NCBI GenBank assembly: GCA_002269645.1
Contig: NIVC01003567.1
Coordinates: 26,928-90,927, forward strand
Source: Macrostomum lignano
Taxonomy: Eukaryota
Direction of reading: 5' to 3'
DNA: 64,000 bases
This document shows positions 12,941 to 24,500 of this stretch, one piece after another (the first letter of the stretch is position 1; each line of letters starts with the position of its first letter). The position numbers and the translations under genes are program-made. The notes beneath the pieces were generated by a model. That model did not search any database. It saw only the letters and a program-made list of their open reading frames with translations, and was not told the origin of the DNA.

Positions 12941-13139
12941 GGTATGCACACAGATGTGATACTACGGAATTCAACATTCCTTTAAACAAACGAGTGACTC
13001 CCAACACACAAGAACATGCACTGTTGTACGCCATTGATTTTCCTTCCGTTTCTCAGCACTGAGTAAATGGAACGGGCTACCACTCCAGCATTTAGTTGGT
13101 CTGTTGGAAAGGCTCTACACCTTTTCTGTATCAGAAATA

Positions 13140-13812
<673 letters not shown>

Positions 13813-14387
13813 AGCAGGGGAGATCCTGAGAGGATGCTGCTGAAAGAAACTGAAAGACAATCTGGAGATTCTGGACCAGATCGAGGTCACCAGAGGATAA
13901 TTATCAGAACAAACCCCGCACAACACAAACCAGAAAATTTACAAACGCTTTCAAAAAAGATGTTTAGACCAGACTCTTTTCTCTGGTTAGTAATATAAGG
14001 CAAAATAGTAGGCATTATATTTTTGTTGATGCATTATAAATTTTATTAATTGTATCCTTTTCGCCAGTGCAGTGGAGGCACGGGTAGACATGACAACTGG
14101 GAACAAATTCATGTAAAAGGGAAACCACAGGCCGACTGGCAGAACATGCAATTCTGTTCTTTCGCTGAACAACAGGGCAGAGCTGAGCTGCACAACCGCA
14201 TATTAACAATTGCGAAATGGAAAATATTTTAACTAGTTGATCTTTGCAAATTTTACAATGGGACAGTTTCGAAAAATATGATTATAAGTTTCAAAAGTAG
14301 CCTCAGACACACAGCAACCTCCATCCTAGCGTCTGCTTTGCAGGCACTGAGAAGCCTGGATTTATGGAAATATTCTGAAGAGGATTT

Positions 14388-15250
14388 TGAAGATCTGGGA
14401 GGCTGGCCCAGCAACTGAGAATCTGGGAGGCTGGCCCAGCAACTGAGGATCTGGGAGGCTGGCCCAGCAACTGAGGATCTGGGAGGCTGGCCCAGCAACT
14501 GAGGATCTGGGAGGCTGGCCCAGCAACTGACACTCTGGGAGGCTGACCCAGCAACTGAGGATCTGGGAGGCTGGCCCAGCAACTGGGGATCTGGGAGGCT
14601 GGCCCAGCAACAGGGGATCTGGGAGGCTGGCCAGCAACTGAGGATCTGGGAGGCTGGCCCAGCAACTGAGGATCTGGGAGGCTGGCCCAGCAACTGAGGA
14701 TCTGGGAGGCTGGCCCAGCAACTGACACTCTGGGAGGCTGGCCCAGCAACTGACACTCTGGGAGGCTGGCCCAGCAACTGAGGATCTAGGAGGCTGGCCC
14801 AGCAACTGAGGATCTGGGAGGCTGGCCCAGCAACTGACACTCTGGGAGACTGGCCCAGCAACTGGGGATCTGGGAGGCTGGCCCAGCAACTGAGGATCTG
14901 GGAGGCTGGCCCAGCAACTGGGGGTCTGGGAGGCTGGACCACGCAACTGAGGATCTGGGAGGCTGGCCCAGCAACTGAGGATCTGGGAGGCTGGCCCAGC
15001 AACTGAGGATCTAGGAGGCTGGCCCAGCAACTGAGGATATGGGAGGCTGGCCCAGCAACTGAGGATCTGGGAGGCTGGCCCAGCAACTGAGGATCTGGGA
15101 GGCTGGCCCAGCAACTGAGGATCTGGGAGGCTGGCCCAGCAACTGAGGATCTGGGAGGCTGGCCCAGCAACTGAGGATCTGGGAGGCTGGCCCAGCAACT
15201 GGGGATCTGGGAGGCTGGCCCAGCAACTGAGGATCTGGGAGGCTGGCGGT
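14388..15250. repeat. Minisatellite, ~28-bp unit cagcaactgaggatctgggaggctggcc (copy A)
   Basis: Tandem copies; same family as 26240-27405. Confidence 0.97.
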
Positions 15251-15594
15251 GGTGACGCAGTAACATAGAATCTGCATGGCAAATTGAAACCAGAGTTAGG
15301 AAAAAAAAGTCATCGAGTACGTACTAGAACAGTTAGCAGTTGACAAAATAGTTGTGTTTCGATGGATGCTGAGCCTCAAGCCAAAAGCTCACTCAGGCAC
15401 ACAGCAGGAAAGAAATTCACAAGTTTTCGGGTCATAGAAAATGATCAAACACGGCTGGTATCAGTAACAATGTGTGCGACATGATCTGAGTATTGTATTG
15501 TCGATTGGTTAAGCATTTCAAGTGTCAGTTTAAGGTGTCCTCTTGGCCTGGTTGGCAAGCCAGCCGACGTCAAAAACCCAGCGAAGCAGAAATT

Positions 15595-18500
15595 TTAATT
15601 ACGGCGGCTTGGAGCGCAGTATTTCTCGTAGTACTTCTCCAGGTCAGTCTCTGAAAACGGGGAGGATGGGCATCGGGTTGCTTTGTTGACTGCGAGATAA
15701 AGAAAGGGAGAGATTGGGAAATGAAGATGAAGGAGGGAGGTGACTGGGGGATGAAGATGAAGGGAGGGAGGAGACTAGGAGATAAAGATGTAAATAGGGA
15801 AAGTGGGAGATGGAGAGACTGGGAGATGAAGCGAAGGCGGCTGAGGCATGAAAGAAGGGAAAGTGTGGGAGATAAAGGGAGACTGGGGGTTAGAGGAAGA
15901 GACTGGGAGATGAAGGGAGACAGGGAGGTGGAAGGAGAGACAGGGAGATGAAGGGAGACTGGGAGATGGAGGGAGAGACTGGTAGATGAAGGGAGATTGG
16001 GGAATAAAGGGAGACTAGGGGTTAAACGGAGAGACTAGGAGATAAAGAGAGACAGGGAGATAGAGGGAGAGACTGGGAGATGAAGGGGAGACTGGGAGAT
16101 GAAGGGAGACTTGAAGATGGAGAGAGAAACTGGGAAACGAAGAGATAGACTGGGAAATGAAGGGATAATAGGATGGGAGATGAAGGGAGACTGGGAGATG
16201 GAGAGAGAGACTGGGAAACGAAGAGATAGACTGGGAAATGAAGGGATAATAGGATGGGAGATGAAGGGAGACTGGGAGATAAAGGGAGACTAGGGGTTAA
16301 AGGGAGAGACTAGGAGATAAAGAGAGACTGGGAGATAGAGGGAGAGACTGGGAGATGAAGGGGAGACTGGGAGATGAAGGGGAGACTGGGAGATAAAGGG
16401 AGGGAGACTGAGATGAAGGGAAAGAGAAACAGAACGACGTAAACACAGAATGAGTCAGTGCCTCTGAACCAGGGGTACTCTCATGAGAGCACACCAACAG
16501 CCGCTACGCAAGCTCACCTTTGGCCTGACTCATGAGGTTCCACAGTCGCTCTTCATCAGGACTGTGTGGGAAAATGCACTTGACTCCGTATCTGCACTGC
16601 TTGGTTTTGGCGATATTCTGGCACAGGAAGAACTTCGTTTGCGGCCTGTTGGGGTTCGGCACGGGCGCCCTGGCGTCGAGGCCGCTGTTGCTGTAGACGA
16701 TGATGGGCTTCACCCAGGCGTGCTGCCGCTGCTGGCACTGGCTGGGCTTATTGGGGTCGCGCGGCGATCGGCACTTGAAGCAGACGGCTTTGAGCAGCTG
16801 CTGCTGTGGCTGCGGATTCGCTGCTGAAGGCGCTGAAGCCGCGGCAGCTGCTGACTGGGCGCCGCTGCTTCCAACAGTTCCAGTCGAGGAGGCTGCGGCA
16901 GCGGCTGAGTTCGATGAGGCCGGAACTGTCGAGGCAGCGGCTGTGGATTTGCGAAGCCTGCAGACAACAGAAACATTTTAGGAGATGGGGATTTAGCCTG
17001 CAACTGATTGTAAGTGGCTGGAAATTTCCGTGGTATTGAGACCGGGTTTCTTGGAATTAGTATTTCGATTTCTAGAAATTTGAATTCTGATTAAATTTCG
17101 GATTCATATTTTGAAAATTCGGATTGCGCTTCCTAAAAACCAAATTAGGATTCCTAAAATTCAGTTTGTGTTTCTTAGAAACGAAATTAGGATTCCCAAA
17201 ATTCGGATTGTGTTTCTTAGAAGCGTAATTAGGATTCCCAGAATTCGGGTTGCGTTTCTTAGAAACGAAATTTGGGTTTTAAGAATACAGATCAAGTTTC
17301 ATGAAATTCATACTGGGATTCTTAGAATTTAGACTTAATTTCTCGGATTGCGCTGCTTAGAATCGATATCGGGGATATCTTACACTTTTGATTCATAAAG
17401 ACTTAACATTGAGATTAATATTTTAAGAATTAAGACTCAAAAAGTGTTAATCAAAAACAGCACACAGCTCTCACCTGCGCACAGCGGCGTCCAGGACCAG
17501 CGGCCCACCCGCTCCAGATTCCACAGCTGGCATTCCACTTCGCCGTGCGCGTAGTCGCAGTCGGACCTGAGGCACTTGTCCTCCACGTACAGGCGGCAGT
17601 TGTAGTACTCCCTGACCGGCTTGCTGCCTGACCGCAGCTGCCGCACCTGGCACCAGTGAGAGGCGCCGGGCGCCCGGACCAGCAGGCGGGTCTCGGCGCA
17701 GGAGTGCCCGGTCGCTGGGTCGTACTTGAACCGGGTGCAGATCACGTCCAGCGGCGTGGAGCACTGGTCGCAGGCCAGAACCATGGAGTAGTCCGGGACC
17801 GACGGGAATTCTGGCGTGGATGCGGCGGCTTGGCCGGCCGTCCGATACTGAGGGAGACGCGGGGGGGGACCCCAAAATCTTTAAACAATCTCTCCCTGCA
17901 GAATGATGGAATAAAAAAACGATCAGAATCCAAATCTACTAAATCTCACCCCTTAGAATCCATCCAAATCTACTAAATCTCATCCCTCAGAATCCAAATC
18001 TACTAAATCTCACCCCTCAGAATCCAAATCTACTAAATCTCACCCTGGAGAATCCAAACCTACTAAATCTCACCCTGGAGAATCCAAACCTACTAAATCT
18101 CACCCTGGAGAATCCAAATCTACTAAATCTTAACCCTCAGAATCCAAATACACTAAATCTCACACTATACTTGTTGTGTATGAACTTTAAGTTCTATGGT
18201 TTATGGGTGAAGCCTTATTCATATTTTAAGTATAGCAGCCAGCTACTTCGCTGCTAAAATATACGCGCTGCAGGCATCTACATGTACATAACGCTGCTAT
18301 GATCTTTACATAACGCTGCTATGATCTTTACATAACGCTGCTATGATCTTTACATAACGCTGCTATGATCTTTACATAACGCTGCTATGATTTTTTACAG
18401 TTGCGAGAAAAAGTTAGTGAACCCTGACTGAATTGTCACAAAAATCGCAATAACTTCTTTTAGCCCAAGGAAAATATTCTTAGATTTTATTCAAATAAAT

Positions 18501-21500
18501 GATATTTATATTAGTAACTGATTTTGTATATTGTTAGCAAAAATATCGCATAGTTTGGACATTGTTGACTGAAAACGTAAAACTGCTGAAGAAAAAGTTA
18601 GTGAAGCCAAAAGTTTGTACTATAAACATGCTGATTGTAATCATTCAAACCATTGAAACCACAATGCATGATGCAATTGCAGACAATCGCGGCACGTTGC
18701 ACGCAAAATCTGTTGCACCATTGTAGTTTGAATGCAATCATACGCTTGTACAAAGCTATATAAAGCCTTAAAGGCAGGCTAGCTAACAGCAGTACTTTAT
18801 TCCAGCATGTATCGTGGCAAAGAGCTCCCAGAGCATTTGAAGCAACTTGTTGTATCAGCTCACAAAACTGGCCTTGGATACAAGAAAATTGCCAGCCAAC
18901 TTCAGCTCAGTGCTTCCACTGTTAGAGCTGTCATACACAAATGGCGGAGGCACAACACTGTGACTTCACTGCCTCGAAGTGGACGACCGGCCAAAATTTC
19001 TAAGCGCACAGCAAGGAGACTAGCTCAGACTGTTGACAGTGATCCAACTGTGACTGCTAGTCAACTGCAGCATCAGCTTGCTCAATGCGGAATAGAGGTT
19101 CACAAATCAACGGTGCAGAAGTCTTTGAACCGTCAAGGACGCCATGGACGAGTTGCTCGCAAGAAGCCTCTTCTGTCCAAAAAGCATCGCCAAGCTCGCC
19201 TAAAATTTGCTCAACAGCAGCTGCAGCAGCCGGACAGCTATTGGCAAAATGTCTTGTGGACAGATGAAACAAAAATTGAACTGTTTGGGCACATTTCGCA
19301 GCGATATGTGTGGCGCAAGCCAAATCAGGCATTTAAACAAAGTAATGTACTGCCAACTGTAAAACATGGAGGTGGCAGCATCATGCTATGGGGCTGCTGC
19401 GCTGCAAGTGGAACTGGAAACATTGTCCGAATTCATGGAATAATGAACTCAGTCATGTATCAGGAAATACTGGCTGCTAATGTCCGACCTAGCGTGCGAA
19501 AGCTGAAACTTGGGCGTAATTGGCTGATGCAGCAAGATAACGACCCAAAGCATACGAGCAAATCCACTCAGGCATGGTTTCAGAACAAAAATGTGAAGCT
19601 GATGGACTGGCCAAGTCAAAGCCCAGATCTGAACATTATTGAAAATCTTTGGTTCGATCTGAAGAAGGCTGTTCACGCACGCAGACCTCGGAATCTGGAC
19701 GAGTTGGAGAGGTTCTGCATTGAAGAATGGGAGAAGATTCCTGCAGAGCGGTGCAGTCGACTGATTGACAGTTACAGAAATCGATTGCGGGCCGTTATTG
19801 CTGCTAAGGGTGGAGTTACAAAGTATTAGCTGTTGGTATTTGAAACGGGTTCACAAACTTTTTCACCATCCGTTTTTTGTTTTCGGTCAATTGTGTCAAA
19901 ACTACGCGATATTTTTGCTAACAAAGTACAAAATTTAGTTACTAAATATAACTATTTTTTTGAATAAAATCTGAGAATATTTTCCTTGAGCTAAAAAAAG
20001 TTATTGCAATTTTTGTGACAATTCAGTCAGGGTTCACTAACTTTTTCTCGCAACTGTACGATCTCTTCCTAACTCGGCATCTTGCATTCGTCTTCGTTAC
20101 TACGAAAAGTACAACATGGCGACGAGGAAAATTTAATTCGCCGCGGGACGATACTGCAGTCACCAAATCTTCATACCGATGTCTTCCGGACTCGACTTCC
20201 GACTGGGGGAGATGCCGCTGTGCTACCCCGATGTCGAACAGTATTTCAAGCGCCTCGGTTTTTACATTAGCGCAACGGAAAAGAATGACCAGAGCAAAGC
20301 CGTTCTACTTGCTACTTGTGGAGATGCCGCATTTTCACTGATTGAGACACTTGTGCAGCCAGAAGACATTTTAAACGATACAAAGTGTACGTTCGATTTC
20401 ATCAAAGAAGCGGTACTGAGCCACTTGAAACCCAAGCGCCTTCTTCACTACGACAGACATCTGCTACATACCATGGTCCAAATACAGGGTGAGTCGGTGA
20501 CAAAGTTTTTGGAGAGACTGAAGACACAGGCCAACAAATGCGAATTCGGCAACCTGCGAGAAGAGTTAATTCTTTCGCAGTATATTTTCGGACTGGCTGA
20601 TAATTCTCTGAAGCAAAAATTACTAGTGAAGGAAAAACTGGATCTAGAGACTGCGGTTAAGGATAGTCTCTTATCGGAGTCCGTATCTCAAGCTACTGAT
20701 TCGAGCAAAACCGTCGCAGCAGTGCATAAAACCACTCACAAGAAGACCGGCAGCAACCACAAGTATCCAACGGTATCCAGGCCAATGCCAACAACGCCGA
20801 ATCATTCTAAGTCTAGCTGCCATTCCTGTGGTAACCCGGGTCATCTTAGAAATACCTGCAAGTTCCGTAATGCGACATGTCACAAGTGCGGAAAAACCGG
20901 GCACATTGCCAGAGCATGCAGGTCCAACATCGGTGGCAGCAAGAAAGTCACGTACGCGGAAGTTGAAGCAACCGACGCTGATCCACCTGATTCAGCTGTG
21001 TACTCGGTGATCAAGGCTACTCCATGCGACGAACTCTGGAAAATAGTCTGCACGATCGGTGATTCCACAGTCCATATGTGCGTCGACTCTGGTAGTCAGG
21101 TAACAATTTTGCCAGTAACCATCGTAGAGCAAGCCGGATTGCACATGGTTGACGCGGACATTCGATCACTCAAAGTTTTCGGGGGAGCTTCAGTTTCCGT
21201 ACGAGGCATGGCTAAGGACGTCACGATTGAGCTGAGAAACGGCAAAACGGCATGCGGAGACATATATGTCGGGGACCCATCTAGTCAAGCCATTTTGGGA
21301 AAAAATTTTATTCGTGCCTTCAACCTATTGACGGTAGACGAATTTCTGTGCCATCCAGTGCAGTGTGATAAAAATTTAAGATTCCAGGCCAGCTTTCGCC
21401 TGAAGGACGGGGCCTCTACCGATGGAATGTGCTTTCCTGCCAGATCCCTTCCGTTCTCAATTAAAACTTTGGTTGAACTGGAGCTGAAAAGACTGGAAAG

Positions 21501-24500
21501 TGCAGGTATCATCTACCCAGTTCACTCGCCTAAGGTATCGTGCCCTATTGTTCCTGTGTTGAAACCAGAAGGATCAAAGAGACCCATTAGACTGTGTGGA
21601 GACTATTCAGTCACTCTCAACAGACTGATAGACCGAGATCGATATCGACTGCCAACTTTGAAATAAATCCTTCAAAAGATCCCAAATTCGAAAGTGTATT
21701 CAGTGCTCGACCTCGAAGACGCATTCTTGCAGATTTCCCTAACGCCAGAAAGTCAAGATCTTACGTGTATTTCCACCCACGTAGGACATTTTGCCTTCCG
21801 CAAGTTACAATTTGGGATATCGGCAGCACCACTGATATTTCAGGAAGTTATGGATATTTTGCTCAAAGGAATACCAGGCACTGCTTCTTATCAGGACGAC
21901 ATCATTCTAGGCACTGAAACAGTGGAGCAGCATCGACAGATCCTGGTGCAAGTCAAGGAAAAACTGAAAAAGCATGGATTCAAGATCAATGAGCGTAAGA
22001 CTCAGGAGTGCAAGAAAGAAGTCACATTTCTGGGATTTCTCCTCCGAGATGGGAAACTTTTGCCTGATCCTGCAAGAGTGGAAGCTCTATCCAACTTGTC
22101 AGAGCCAAAAGACCGGGATCAATTGAGAAGTGCTATATGCACCTTAAGACACTACGGGATTTTTTGTCCGAACTTCTCTATGATCGCCAAGCCGCTCTAT
22201 TACCTCCTAAAGAAAGGGGTTCAGTGGAAATGGACTGTCGTTCACTCAAGTGCGTTCTCCCAACTGAAAGCTGCTGTAACGGAAGGTCGAATCGTTTCTT
22301 ATGATATAAAAAGGCCGTTGTTTCTAACCTGCGACGCTTCTCAGAGTGGAGTCGGATTTGTGCTGTCCCACGACACGAACCAAAAAGAAGTTGTATGGCT
22401 GGGAAGCAGAGTTTTGACCAAGGCTGAGGCCAACTACGCCAACATTGAGCGGGAGGCTCTTGCAATTATCGAGGGTGTAAAATATTTTCATCAATTTCTG
22501 GCAGGCCGTCATTTTACAATCATCTCTGATCACAGACCTTTGCAGTACATCTTCTCTACAACGAAAGTTCCTGACCGAGTTTCTGCGAGACTCCAGAGAT
22601 GGGCATTGCTGCTCAGATCCTATGACTACACTGTCACTTACTCAAAAGGAGACACCATGCTCGCAGCAGATACTCTGTCCAGAATTCCTTCAACAAACGC
22701 TTCTACTTCGTTTTCAAATTTTGATGTCAATCTGCTGGAGGTAAACTCTCTCGTAGAATTTTCTTCTTCTGGGACAATTCTTCGGCGTGTCGCCAACACC
22801 AGAGACCCTGAAATTGATACTATCAAGAAGTTTGTTACTCAAGGTTGGCCAAGCTACATTTCTAAACAGCTGCTTCCGTACACCAAATCCAAGGCGGAAT
22901 ACTCCATTCAAAACGGGATTCTGTTCAAAGGGATCCGAATCGTGCCTCCAAAGTCCATGCGCAGAGAAATTCTTCAAATTCTTCACGAGAATCATCCGGG
23001 CATTGTGCGCATGATCAGACTAGCTCGAGAGTACTTCTGGTGGCCTTACATTGACGCCCAGATCAATAGCTTCGTTCAAAGGTGTCCTTCCTGCCAACTA
23101 AATTCGAGAAAGCGAACAAATGCAAATCTGCATTCATGGGAAGATGCAAAGTTCTTCTTCGAACGTGTTCATCTGGACATAGCATATTTCAAGGAGAAAC
23201 ACTTCTTGGTTCTCATCGACTCCTTCTCTCGGTGGATTGATGTACATCAGCTGTCAAATATCACAGCCAACTCTCTTATTCCAGCATGCAGACGAACATT
23301 TAAGTACATGGGACTTCCAACGTGCATTGTGACTGACAATGGAACCAATTTTCGATCAAAAGAGTTCGCAGAATTTCTCAAGAAGAATCTAATTAACCAT
23401 GTCTTAACACCACCTGGTCATCACCAGTCAAATGGGATTGTGGAAAGAGCTATCCAAGAGTTGAAAGTGACTCTGAAGCAGAACAGTAATGACATAGGTT
23501 CCGAATGTGAGAAGGTGTTGATATCATTCTGCCTTTCGAAGAACACTACACCGAATTCCGAAGGAGCGATTCCTGCTGCACAACTGTTTATGCAACGCCC
23601 AAGAACGCGCCTCACTGCAACCTTTACAGAATGGGACAAACCGCTAACTACCCCAATTCCTGTCTACATCAACGTAGAAGGAAAGTCAGACAAGGTCCCA
23701 GAAGAAATCCAAGGACTTCATGGATCAAATACCTACTTGGACAGCAAAGGACGGGTTGTCCATGCATCTGATGCAACGCCAAGGACTACAGAGAACTCAC
23801 AAGAGATTACCTCGCCTGGACCTGCCAATGTTGGCAGCAGCAATGATAAGGAAATCGAAACTATGACTCCTGCTGAAGTGGAGACAACCAGCGATCAAAG
23901 TCCCGAGTACCAAATTTCTCGTCGAAGTCAGAGGCTCCGAAAAGCCCCTGATCGGCTGACCTATTCCTGATTTATTTGATCGTTAGACAAAATAGAAAAC
24001 AGTCATTTATTTCTCTCCAGGTTAATTGCTAAAATGTGGGGGTGTTGTGTATGAACTTTAAGTTCTATGGTTTATGGGTGAAGCCTTATTCATATTTTAA
24101 GTATAGCAGCCAGCTACTTCGCTGCTAAAATATACGCGCTGCAGGCATCTACGATCTCTTCCTAACTCGGCATCTTGCATTCGTCTTCGTTACTACGAAA
24201 AGTACAACAATACTCCAAAACAACAAAATCTCATTCTAGAAGACACCCAACCCACAAAATCTCAGTCTAGAAGACACCCAACCCACAAAATCTCAGCCTA
24301 AAGACACCCAACCCACAAAATCTCATTCTAGAAGACACCCAACCCACAAAATCTCAGTCTAGAAGACACCCAACCCACAAAATCTCAGTCTAGAAGACAC
24401 CCAACTCACAAAATCTCAGTCTAGAAGACACCCAACTCACAAAATCTCAGTCTAGAAGACACCCAATCCACAAAATCTGTCTAGAAGACACCCAACTCAC

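Larger units (their letters stand above)
18172..24209 (+). mobile_element. Ty3/Gypsy LTR retrotransposon (Mag-like), full length, antisense in an intron
   Basis: 167-bp LTRs TGTTG...CAACA (3' LTR 24043-24209; 5' LTR 18172-18280 plus 20057-20116). TSD ATACT at 18167-18171 and 24210-24214. PBS TGGCGACGAGG at 20117, complementary to the tRNA-Ser(GCU) 3' end. Purine tract before the 3' LTR. Confidence 0.96.

Noticed and set aside
13815-13900. EILRGCC*KKLKDNLE, faintly like a tetraspanin GC-x-x-KL motif
   Set aside because: In-frame stop, no splice support and no other tetraspanin exons nearby.
14240-14410. SLRHTATS resembling a tyrosine-recombinase box
   Set aside because: Lacks the leading His, the short frame has no other catalytic motifs, and it runs into a minisatellite.
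16710-17003. 97-aa ORF as the real reading frame of this exon
   Set aside because: Another frame carries the complete fifth zinc module and splices in phase to the terminal exon.
21664-21666. Programmed stop-codon readthrough between gag and pol
   Set aside because: The stop lies inside the RT domain, downstream of protease, not at a gag/pol boundary; best explained as a nonsense mutation or sequencing error.
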